Shown here: one piece after another, positions 18,477 through 27,187 of the stretch
How positions within the stretch are numbered: position 1 is the first letter of the stretch
Layout: the number at the start of each line of letters is the position of its first letter
Assembly: GCA_022763805.1 (NCBI GenBank)
Contig: JALERC010000009.1
Location: 1 to 61,212, forward strand
DNA length: 61,212 nt
DNA from: Mycoplasmatota bacterium
Lineage (GTDB): Bacteria; Bacillota_I; Bacilli_A; RF39; UBA660
Direction: 5' to 3'
The notes under the pieces: generated by a model
What the model was told of the DNA's origin: nothing
The model's database searches: none
The model's input: only the letters and a program-made list of their open reading frames with translations
Translations under genes and position numbers: made by a program

Positions 18477-18501
18477 ATCACCTATTTAATTATATCATAT
18501 T
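18477..18501 (-). promoter_or_regulatory. extended -10 + SD module upstream of uppP (25-nt copy B)
   Basis: 25 nt identical to 17256..17280. Confidence 0.5.
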
Positions 18502-18537
18502 ATAAAATAAATATAAATAAAAAAAGACCATAAGTCT

Positions 18538-19299
18538 TTAACAATAATCTTGAATAAATTTAAATATATCTTCTGAAAATTCGATAAATTGATTTTTATA
18601 ATTTTCAATATTTTCATAATCATCTATAAGAATAATAATATTGATACTTTTATTCGAATTAAATCCCTTTTCTTTACATAATCGTGTATATTTTAAAATT
18701 ACTTCTTCATATCCGAATGAAAAGATGTTGTGATAGTTTAATACACTTTTAATTAAAATAAGCATTTTTTTAATATGTAATCTATTTAAAACAGTTTTTT
18801 CATTTTTTAAATCAAAAATCATTCTTTTATACTCAAATAATATATTTGGTAAATTATATACGTCATAATTTCTAATAGTTTGATATGATATTGGTTTAAA
18901 ATAATCTTTTCCATATATTGTAGGATTTAAATTATATTTATATTTTTCATATATCATAACTTTTGTATTAACACTTACCATATCATTCTCTACTTCAAGC
19001 AAAGTATAAAAAGATGTACCTACATGAATTTTACCTATATTATCAAGTTCCTCATTACATTTACAAATTTTATTAATACTAAATTCTTTTAGAATAAAAT
19101 ATAAGTCTAAATCTGACCATCCTTCATGAATTAGATTTTTACCACCCGAACCACCTAACGTAATACTTAGAATATCATCTTTAAATATATCAAATGCTAT
19201 ATTTACAGATTTAATTAAGGTATTTAAATAATCAGTTGGAAAATTATCAAGTAATCCATTTTGTTCTAAAGTGTCTTTCACCAGATGTTCTAAATTCAT
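18538..19299 (-). CDS. Pol-beta-superfamily nucleotidyltransferase domain protein (KNTase-like architecture)
   Basis: 'ITLGGSGGKNLIHEGWSDLDLYFIL' gives G-S ... DxD, followed by a helical C-terminal half. I moved the start to ATG 19299 (GAGGGGGA SD); the track start at 19323 lacks an SD. Confidence 0.5.
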   Translation of the reverse strand: MNLEHLVKDTLEQNGLLDNFPTDYLNTLIKSVNIAFDIFKDDILSITLGGSGGKNLIHEGWSDLDLYFILKEFSINKICKCNEELDNIGKIHVGTSFYTLLEVENDMVSVNTKVMIYEKYKYNLNPTIYGKDYFKPISYQTIRNYDVYNLPNILFEYKRMIFDLKNEKTVLNRLHIKKMLILIKSVLNYHNIFSFGYEEVILKYTRLCKEKGFNSNKSINIIILIDDYENIENYKNQFIEFSEDIFKFIQDYC

Positions 19300-19378
19300 A
19301 TAATCCCCCTCGTAAACTATCATCTCTTCTTAATTAGTTATCTTATTATAAAAATATTATAAAGTCAATAAAAAAAGA

Positions 19379-19771
19379 TTATAAAATAATCCTTTTTTGA
19401 AAACTCTCCTTTATCAAAGGAGTACCCTTACTATTTGTATCACCAGAGTGATCCCTTTCAAACTTTTCTAAACAATTAAAAATACATCTAAGTTGATCAT
19501 GTGTTGGAAGATAGCCCTGATTATTTACGTCTTTTAAAATTTTATTAATATAAATATACATATCTAATTCTCTAGATTCAATTATATGCAAATAATTATG
19601 ACTTGTGTTTCTAACAAGTATAGCACCGTTATTATATGTAAGTTTACCACCACGTTGTTTTTTTATTATGTGATGAAATGATAAAGATGATTCTTTATCA
19701 ACAATAAATCCCATAAAATCACTATCCACAATATTAAAATTAATTATTAATTTTTTAGTTACATCTCTCAA
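19379..19771 (-). CDS. HNH endonuclease-fold protein
   Basis: 130 aa with 'SFHHIIKKQRGGKLTYNNGAILVRNTSHNYLH' (HH..GG..N...H..H pattern). TTG start with AGGTGAGG SD. Confidence 0.5.
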   Translation of the reverse strand: MRDVTKKLIINFNIVDSDFMGFIVDKESSLSFHHIIKKQRGGKLTYNNGAILVRNTSHNYLHIIESRELDMYIYINKILKDVNNQGYLPTHDQLRCIFNCLEKFERDHSGDTNSKGTPLIKESFQKRIIL

Positions 19772-20011
19772 CTCTACCTCACCTACTTTAATTATACAAT
19801 AAAAAAAGAAAAAAACTAGATAGATTTTTTCTTTAATTGGAGGTTTTTAATTTTATCTATTACAAATTTGATATCTTATTTAGATTTTCAAACATTTTAG
19901 AATTTTCAAAAGCAAAAACTATATAAAGTTCCCGCTCATTATAATTAACTAAATTATTCGGTATTCTCTCATTTACTTGTAAACCTGTCTCATAAGAATG
20001 TTTATATCATA

Positions 20012-20045
20012 ATAAAAAAATAATTAGCAATTAAGATGCTAATTA
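20012..20045 (-). terminator. rho-independent terminator
   Basis: Stem TAATTAGCA/TGCTAATTA with a 7-nt loop, followed on the minus strand by a T-run. Overlaps the stop of 20039..20722. Confidence 0.6.
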
Positions 20046-20722
20046 TCTATTTTTTTATAATATTTACCGTAGTATATATAATATGAATTACGTTTCTTAC
20101 TAATACTTCCTTCACTATAATTTACTTTACTATCTTTTTGATATGGATTTTCCCTATTTTCAAAACGGAAGATTAATATATTAGAATTTGTTTCATTAGA
20201 AATAGCATCATATGCCTTAATTAATAAATTATCAATTTCTTCTTCATCATCTGAATCTTTTGTAATAATAAATTGATTTATTTTATAATTATAATTCTTT
20301 GAAAGTATTTCTTCATTTGGTTCACCTTTATGTTCACGATAGTATTCATCATATATAGAAATATTAAAATAACCATCGTTAGAATCTATCTTAGAATTAA
20401 CTTTGTTTTCTATGTAATCTCTCATATGTTTGTCATAATCTTCTTGCCATACAAATGAAGCATAATCATCTAAAAAGTTATCACTAAAATGATAATGTCC
20501 AGTTACTTCAAAAGTACTATCCATATAACTTGTTTTTACAGTATATGAATATTCATTTTTTCTAATTACTTTAAAATCTCCATCACCATATTTATAATTC
20601 AAATAATTAACTATTCTTCTTCTTACATCTTTTTGAATATAATCAGGTTCATAATATGCATATATAGATAAACTTATTAATGATACTATCAATATTATAA
20701 TACTTACTATTTTCTTATTCAT
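20039..20722 (-). CDS. membrane-anchored hypothetical protein
   Basis: 227 aa with N-terminal 'IVSIIILIVSLISLSIYAY' anchor. Tyr/Asp-rich ectodomain. Confidence 0.5.
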   Translation of the reverse strand: MNKKIVSIIILIVSLISLSIYAYYEPDYIQKDVRRRIVNYLNYKYGDGDFKVIRKNEYSYTVKTSYMDSTFEVTGHYHFSDNFLDDYASFVWQEDYDKHMRDYIENKVNSKIDSNDGYFNISIYDEYYREHKGEPNEEILSKNYNYKINQFIITKDSDDEEEIDNLLIKAYDAISNETNSNILIFRFENRENPYQKDSKVNYSEGSISKKRNSYYIYYGKYYKKIDN

Positions 20723-20750
20723 TCTACCACCTATTATAATTATACCAAAA

Positions 20751-21581
20751 TTATTTAATTGTATCTATTATTTTTTTTGTAATATTATCTTCATGATCTA
20801 GAATGAATTGTATATATATAATATTTTCATTATCTTTTATATAATAATCATAATAAATATAACCGTTTCCTTTTTTACCTATTATAACTATTGAATTATC
20901 ATACTCTTTGATTTTTTTAATTTTATATTGTTTTATATCTTTTTTACTTATATCATCTTTTTTTATTAAAGTATAATTGTTTAAATACTTAATTGTAATA
21001 AATTTAATTAAGGAATTATTATAGTCTAAAGAACCTTTTTTTATATCATCAACAGTATAAATATTATTAGATATTCTTTTAAAATTAGAAGGTAATTTAA
21101 TTGTATGATTATCATTTATTTTAATGGTTTTATAGTTAATATAATCAAGTTTATTATTAAATTTAATAATAAAACCAGTTATAAAAAGTATAAAAATCGA
21201 TATCAATATAATAATATTAGTTTCATATTTTTTTCTATAAAAAATATAATTAGATATTAATAAAAAAGCATATGATATTAAAAAATTTTTAATAATACTT
21301 AATTTATATAATGAACTAAAAGTTTTAATAGAAAATAAATATTTTTCTTTTAATATTATTAGACTTGGAATAATTAAAAACATACTTATAAAAATACAAA
21401 ATGAAGATATTAAAAATATATTTAAATATTCATGTTTAGTATTAGGTTTATATATTTGATATATAAAGTAAGGTATTAAAAATAAATATATTGAAATAGA
21501 ATAATTAAAAAATACATAAGTTATTATATAAGGTATTATAGAAATTAATCCTATTAGAATTGCTATAACATTTTTTCGCAT
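20751..21581 (-). CDS. polytopic membrane hypothetical protein with soluble C-terminal domain
   Basis: 276 aa with about five TM helices and then a roughly 130-aa hydrophilic tail. Confidence 0.5.
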   Translation of the reverse strand: MRKNVIAILIGLISIIPYIITYVFFNYSISIYLFLIPYFIYQIYKPNTKHEYLNIFLISSFCIFISMFLIIPSLIILKEKYLFSIKTFSSLYKLSIIKNFLISYAFLLISNYIFYRKKYETNIIILISIFILFITGFIIKFNNKLDYINYKTIKINDNHTIKLPSNFKRISNNIYTVDDIKKGSLDYNNSLIKFITIKYLNNYTLIKKDDISKKDIKQYKIKKIKEYDNSIVIIGKKGNGYIYYDYYIKDNENIIYIQFILDHEDNITKKIIDTIK

Positions 21582-21616
21582 ATAAAAACCTCCTTAACGA
21601 GGAGGTATTATATCAT

Positions 21617-22651
21617 TTATTCAAAAATAATTCCACCACCAACTACTATGTCATCACTATAAAGTACTACTGACTGACCTTTAGTAATTGATTTTTGTGG
21701 TTCATCAAATATAATTTTCATGGTATTATTATCTAATAATTCAACACTACATTTTGCATTATTTGATCTATATCTAATTTTAGCTGTTATGTTTTTTGGA
21801 ATTTCATCAACTAATAAATTAATATCTTTTGCTATTAAAGAATCTTTATATAATTCATTAATAGTACCTAATGTAATTTCGTTTTTCGTTTTATTAATAT
21901 TAATAACATATAATGGTTGTTTAGCACTTATTCCAAGTCCTTTTCTTTGACCAACAGTATAATATATTATTCCTTTATGAGTTCCTAAAATATTTCCTTT
22001 AGAATCAACAAAATTACCTTTTATAGGTTTTATTTTTTTCTCTAAATATGATTTATAATCATCATTTGGTATAAAACATATTTCTTGACTATCTTTTTTT
22101 GTTGCAACAAATAAATCATGTTTTTTTGCAATTTCTCTAATTTCTTCTTTATCTTTAAAATCCTTTAACGGAAATACAATATATGGTAATACTTCTTTTT
22201 TAATACCATATAAAAAATATGTTTGATCCTTTTTATCTGCATTTGATTTTTTTAAATATCCATCTTCGACTCTAGCATAATGTCCTGTTGCTATATATTC
22301 ACATTTTAGTTCTTTTGCTTTATCAAATAAAGCACCAAATTTTAAATATTTATTACATTGAACACAAGGATTAGGTGTCATACCGTTTTTGTAGTTTTCT
22401 ATAAAGTTATTAATAACATACTTTTTAAAATAATCTTTTAAATCTATTACATGATGTTCAATACCTAATTTTTGGCATACTTTTTTTGCATCATCAACAG
22501 CACTACTTGATAAACATCCTTCATTTATATCATTAGAATCAAAAAGCACCATTGTAGCACCTACTACTTCATAACCTTGTTCTTGAAGTAATATTGCCGA
22601 TACACTTGAATCTACTCCACCACTCATTCCAACTAAAATTCTTTTTTTCAT
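21617..22651 (-). CDS. mnmA: tRNA 2-thiouridine(34) synthase
   Basis: 344 aa with PP-loop 'VGMSGGVDSSV', 'NPCVQCN' and 'ATGHYAR'. Confidence 0.93.
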   Translation of the reverse strand: MKKRILVGMSGGVDSSVSAILLQEQGYEVVGATMVLFDSNDINEGCLSSSAVDDAKKVCQKLGIEHHVIDLKDYFKKYVINNFIENYKNGMTPNPCVQCNKYLKFGALFDKAKELKCEYIATGHYARVEDGYLKKSNADKKDQTYFLYGIKKEVLPYIVFPLKDFKDKEEIREIAKKHDLFVATKKDSQEICFIPNDDYKSYLEKKIKPIKGNFVDSKGNILGTHKGIIYYTVGQRKGLGISAKQPLYVININKTKNEITLGTINELYKDSLIAKDINLLVDEIPKNITAKIRYRSNNAKCSVELLDNNTMKIIFDEPQKSITKGQSVVLYSDDIVVGGGIIFE

Positions 22652-22696
22652 TTAAATCACCACACTTATTATACAAAAAAATAGTAGCATTTGCTA

Positions 22697-22900
22697 CTAT
22701 TCTGATAATTCTTTTTTTAAACATTTTAAATTATTTTTTATAACTAATGCTATTAATACTATTGAAATATATAATAGAGATTTTATACTATGGTTTGATA
22801 TTTTATATGCTACATATATTAAAATTATTAATAATAATGTATTAACCATACTAAATAATAAATCAAATATTATATAGCCTTTATTATTATTTGTTTCCAC
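22697..22900 (-). CDS. small two-helix membrane protein
   Basis: 67 aa. GTG start 7 nt after GGAGG. Lies immediately downstream of the orphan pilin. Confidence 0.4.
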   Translation of the reverse strand: METNNNKGYIIFDLLFSMVNTLLLIILIYVAYKISNHSIKSLLYISIVLIALVIKNNLKCLKKELSE

Positions 22901-22965
22901 AATAAGACCTCCAATTTGAAACCATATAAGATATTACCACCAAGATAATATTTTGTCAAATTGAA

Positions 22966-24222
22966 TTATCTAATTATATATGGATTAGATATTGTTCCAT
23001 CACCAGAAATATAATTTACTGTTGGTTTTAAATTAATAACAGGTCTTATACCATAGTTACCACCTGATCCAACATAATTTAAGTAATCCCCAGAATAAGA
23101 CATAAATACATTATTAGCCATATATGTCATTGGTGTCATAGTCCAATTATAAGTATTATTATTTAAATAAAAATAATTATTAGGTTCTGTATCATAATAT
23201 CTTATTCCTGCAAAAGCATTTTCATCTGCTGAAAGCATCCCTACTTGCAAGTTTAAAATACTATTTTCATTACATACTAAACTAGGATTTGAGTTTCTAG
23301 CTTCATATCCTTTCATAATTCTATTTCCACCAGAAAAGAAGCTAGCATTATCCATATTAATATCATTACAGAATTTAGATTGTGTTGTGTAATTACTTAT
23401 ATCATCAATACTTTTATACCATTCATCTAAAATAGTTTTAGCATTACTATTCATATATTTTGCTCCATCAGTTGTACCATTTGTTGTTGAATATGATGTT
23501 GTAGCAATTGATTCATTTAATACTAATCTAATTGTTCCATCACCATTAATTCTAACTATTCTAAAAATCATATCTGATCCTTTTTCAATTTTTGTAGCTC
23601 CATCTTTTTCTACATTATAATAGTTATTATTTAAAAACCAAATATCATTAGGATGTTTTAATAATTTAACATAATTATTTGTAACGTTACCTCTAAAATA
23701 ATATGTATCACCATCATTATCAGTACCTTTAACAAGACTGGCTTCATTTTGTTTTGAATTGTCAATCCCTGGTCGTGTTATTGGACTATTTAATACATTA
23801 TTATTTTCAATTATTACTCTACTTAATTTATTTTCTTGATAAGTAGAAGTATTATCAATTAAAATAACATCATCATTAGGTCTTTCTACATATACTATAT
23901 ACTTATCATTTTTTAATTCGTATGTAACTTCACATTTATCATTTACATAAATATATCCTTCAGGAACTTCTCCTTTAATATCTAATTTTGGATTAATCTT
24001 GCCATTTTCTAATTTATATCTCATTGTTATTGGTTTTTGTTTTATTTGTTCTTGTAGACATTTTTTTTCAGCAACATTTGCATAACTTCTTGCCGTTGTT
24101 TTAAACGATTCTTTTTTTGATTCTGTAATTATTGTGTTTACCATTGGAACAGCAATTAAAGCTATTACACCGAGTATTATTATAATACAAAGTAATTCTA
24201 TTAAAGTAAAACCTTTCTTCAT
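22966..24222 (-). CDS. large type IV prepilin-like protein
   Basis: 418 aa. 'MKKG|FTLIELLCIIIILGVIALIAVP' is a canonical prepilin leader with Phe+1/Glu+5 and a hydrophobic helix. The C-terminus ends 'GIRPVINLKP...GDGTISNPYII'. Confidence 0.75.
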   Translation of the reverse strand: MKKGFTLIELLCIIIILGVIALIAVPMVNTIITESKKESFKTTARSYANVAEKKCLQEQIKQKPITMRYKLENGKINPKLDIKGEVPEGYIYVNDKCEVTYELKNDKYIVYVERPNDDVILIDNTSTYQENKLSRVIIENNNVLNSPITRPGIDNSKQNEASLVKGTDNDGDTYYFRGNVTNNYVKLLKHPNDIWFLNNNYYNVEKDGATKIEKGSDMIFRIVRINGDGTIRLVLNESIATTSYSTTNGTTDGAKYMNSNAKTILDEWYKSIDDISNYTTQSKFCNDINMDNASFFSGGNRIMKGYEARNSNPSLVCNENSILNLQVGMLSADENAFAGIRYYDTEPNNYFYLNNNTYNWTMTPMTYMANNVFMSYSGDYLNYVGSGGNYGIRPVINLKPTVNYISGDGTISNPYIIR

Positions 24223-24269
24223 TAAATCACCTATCCTACATATTCTATTTTATCATGTAGTTAATAATA

Positions 24270-24298
24270 TTGACAACTATAATGTTTTTTTTTATAAT
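24270..24298 (+). promoter_or_regulatory. consensus sigma-A promoter for the glmS leader
   Basis: TTGACA (24270..24275), exactly 17 nt of spacer, then TATAAT (24293..24298). Confidence 0.65.
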
Positions 24299-24337
24299 TA
24301 AATTAAAGATTGTAGAGGATAGGAGGATTTACTACAT

Positions 24338-24470
24338 TCTAGCGCCAGGACCTTTTACGGTCGACGAGGATAGCAGTTATCGAATAATTCGGCGGGTGCT
24401 GCTACGGATTCATGTGTTCGTTAAATATATATTTAAAAAGTAAAATAAACATTATAACAAAGATATATAT
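24338..24470 (+). ncRNA. glmS ribozyme: glmS ribozyme (GlcN6P-dependent self-cleaving leader)
   Basis: 'AGCGCCAGGACC...GGUCGACGAGGAUAGCAGUUAUCGAAUAAUUCGGCGGGUGCUGCUACGG' matches the conserved core as I recall it (AGCGCCAG / GACGAGGA / UAUCGAA / CGGCGG). Lies directly upstream of glmS. The 3-prime boundary is approximate. Confidence 0.85.
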
Positions 24471-24499
24471 TATACATATTATAGAATAGGAGTATATAT

Positions 24500-26314
24500 A
24501 TGTGCGGAATCATAGGATACGTTGGCAAAAATAATGCTTTAAACGTAATTATTGATGGTCTTGAAAGACTTGAATATAGAGGATATGATTCAGCAGGTAT
24601 TGCTTATTTAAATAGTGACGGTTTATTAGATATCAAAAAAGAGAAAGGAAAAATTAAAAATTTAAAAGAAACATTAGATTTTGATATCAAATCTAGTTTA
24701 GGTATAGGACATACTAGATGGGCTACTCATGGGGAACCAAATTTTGTTAATAGTCATCCTCATAAAGTAGGTAAAATTACAATTGTTCATAATGGTATTA
24801 TAGAAAATTATATGGAATTAAAACAAGAATTACTTAAATCGGGATATAGTTTTAAATCTAATACAGATACAGAGGTTGCTTGTGCACTTCTTGATAAGAT
24901 TTATAATGAAACTAATAGTATTGAACATACAATTTCAATCTTTAGAAAAAAAGCTCGTGGTGCTTATGCTTTAGGTATTATTGTAGATGATGATTATAAT
25001 CATTTATATGCTGTAAAAAAAGATAGTCCTTTAATTATTGCTTTAGGTGATAAGGAAAATTATATTGCATCAGATGTACCAGCTATTTTAAAATATACAA
25101 ATAAGTATATTACTATTGAAGATGATGAATTTGCAAAAATTAGTAGTGATAAAGTTTTAGTTTATGATAATAATGCTGATTTAAAAAAATTTGAAGTTAA
25201 GACTTTTGCTGGTAATAGCAATGATGTTATGAAAAACGGATATGATCATTATATGTTAAAGGAAATATATGAACAACCTGAAGTTATTAAAAAAACTACA
25301 TTGCCTATTATTGAAAAAGATCTTGATTCTTTAGTAAATAATATGCCAGATTTTAGTAAATATAAGAAGATTGATATAGTTGCTTGTGGTAGTGCTTATC
25401 ATGCCGGTTTAGTTGGTAAAAATTTAATTGAAGAGTATGCAAATGTACCTGTTAATGTAGATATTGCTAGTGAATATAGATATAAAAAATTATTTATTGA
25501 TAAAGATACATTAGTTATAGTTGTTTCACAATCAGGTGAAACTGCAGATACTCTTGCAGCACTTAATATAGCAAAAACTCATGGTTGTGATGTAATGGGT
25601 ATAATTAATGTTGTTGAAAGTAGTATTGCTAGAAAATCAGATATTGTAATGTATACTAAAGCCGGTGCTGAAATAGCTGTAGCAACAACAAAGGCATATT
25701 CATGCCAAATTGCCCTACTTTCTTTAATAGCACTCAACATTGCATATAAAAATAAAGAAATTGATAAATCAAAAGCATTAGAAGTCTTAAAAAGTATAAG
25801 ATGTTTACCTACAAATATGCAATCTGTACTAAATGAATTTGATGAATATAAGAAAATAGCAAACAAAATATATAATAATGACAAAATATTTTATATTGGA
25901 AGAGATATAGATTATGCACTATCTATGGAAGGTAGTTTAAAACTTAAAGAGATTTCATATATTAATTCTCAATGTTATGCTGCTGGTGAATTAAAGCATG
26001 GTACTATATCACTAATTGATGAAGGTACACCAGTTATAGCTCTAGTTACAAATGAAAAAATGGCTGAAAAAACTATTAGTAATATTAAAGAAGTTAAAGC
26101 ACGTGGAGCATATGTAATTCTTGTTACAACTGATAATATTAATACAGATGGAGATTATTATGATGAAAAAATTGTAGTACCTTGTACAAATAAATTTGTT
26201 CAACCTATACTTACTGTTATTCCTTTACAAATGTTATCTTACGAAATTGCTAGACTTCGTGGATGCGATATCGACAAACCAAAAAATTTAGCTAAGTCAG
26301 TAACTGTTGAATAA
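24500..26314 (+). CDS. glmS: glutamine--fructose-6-phosphate aminotransferase
   Basis: 604 aa with N-terminal 'MCGIIGY' nucleophile, SIS motifs 'SQSGETADT', and C-terminal 'KPKNLAKSVTVE'. Confidence 0.97.
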   Translation: MCGIIGYVGKNNALNVIIDGLERLEYRGYDSAGIAYLNSDGLLDIKKEKGKIKNLKETLDFDIKSSLGIGHTRWATHGEPNFVNSHPHKVGKITIVHNGIIENYMELKQELLKSGYSFKSNTDTEVACALLDKIYNETNSIEHTISIFRKKARGAYALGIIVDDDYNHLYAVKKDSPLIIALGDKENYIASDVPAILKYTNKYITIEDDEFAKISSDKVLVYDNNADLKKFEVKTFAGNSNDVMKNGYDHYMLKEIYEQPEVIKKTTLPIIEKDLDSLVNNMPDFSKYKKIDIVACGSAYHAGLVGKNLIEEYANVPVNVDIASEYRYKKLFIDKDTLVIVVSQSGETADTLAALNIAKTHGCDVMGIINVVESSIARKSDIVMYTKAGAEIAVATTKAYSCQIALLSLIALNIAYKNKEIDKSKALEVLKSIRCLPTNMQSVLNEFDEYKKIANKIYNNDKIFYIGRDIDYALSMEGSLKLKEISYINSQCYAAGELKHGTISLIDEGTPVIALVTNEKMAEKTISNIKEVKARGAYVILVTTDNINTDGDYYDEKIVVPCTNKFVQPILTVIPLQMLSYEIARLRGCDIDKPKNLAKSVTVE

Positions 26315-26343
26315 AAAAAACGAGATTATTTATCTCGTTTTTT
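26313..26343. terminator. bidirectional terminator between convergent genes
   Basis: A-run, stem CGAGAT/ATCTCG with loop TATTT, then a T-run. Confidence 0.72.
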
Positions 26344-27181
26344 GATTGTGTAAATTAAACACATCATTTAAACCTTGTATTGTTATTTCATCATTTTGCA
26401 TATCATTTAATATTTGATTAACATTATCATCTAACATTTCATTACTTGAATTAATAATTAAATTAGTATTATATGTTTCTAATACATAAAATAGTCCAAT
26501 AGTTGGATTTATTTTCATTCTTCTTCCTTGATTATTTAGATATCCAACATTGATATCAAACATCGGTTTAATAAAATCTTCTTTAACAATATTATTTAAT
26601 CCTTCACGATCATTATTAATTACATTAGTATCTATAAAATTTGTGATTAACTCGATTGATTCCATGATTAATTTATCATCATCATTAAATAAGAATGGTG
26701 ATAAATTAAATTCAATATTTTTATTTAATTGTACAGAAATTAATTCACCCATCACATAATCACTTCTATTTTTTAGTTCTTCAAATGTAATATCTTTAAA
26801 TATCTTGTTTGCTAATTCTATATTAGTTTCTGTTATTTCTTCAATATTAATCATACTTAAAAAGTATAATATATCTTTACTTGTTATATCTACTCCTAAG
26901 TCTTTAAATTCTTCTTGTAATTCTAATGTTGCATTTACTAAATCGGTTTCACTTACATAATCTTTTTTGGTAGTATTATTTTGTTGTTTAGCTTTATTAA
27001 TTAATTCCATTGTTGTTGGTTCATTAACTTTATAATCATTATTTTTTTCAGTAATTGTTCCTAATGTATATCCTGTACCAAAACCAACAATACCTAATAT
27101 AGCTAAAGCACTTAATAATTTTTTTGCAGTACTCCTTTGTTTAATAGTACTATCTTTATATGTAGCTTTTTGTTTTCCCAT
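26330..27181 (-). CDS. single-pass membrane hypothetical protein
   Basis: 283 aa with a basic N-terminus and TM 'LLSALAILGIVGFGTGYTLG'. Acidic Asn-rich ectodomain. Last gene of the lysA-like operon. Confidence 0.5.
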   Translation of the reverse strand: MGKQKATYKDSTIKQRSTAKKLLSALAILGIVGFGTGYTLGTITEKNNDYKVNEPTTMELINKAKQQNNTTKKDYVSETDLVNATLELQEEFKDLGVDITSKDILYFLSMINIEEITETNIELANKIFKDITFEELKNRSDYVMGELISVQLNKNIEFNLSPFLFNDDDKLIMESIELITNFIDTNVINNDREGLNNIVKEDFIKPMFDINVGYLNNQGRRMKINPTIGLFYVLETYNTNLIINSSNEMLDDNVNQILNDMQNDEITIQGLNDVFNLHNQKTR

Positions 27182-27187
27182 TTTGAC

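Noticed and set aside
19772-20011. 240-nt spacer with a GGAGG on the plus strand (about 19849) as a hidden small gene or RNA
   Set aside because: No start codon lies at a suitable distance and there is no ORF on either strand. I recognised no structure or repeat. It is probably promoter and spacer DNA.
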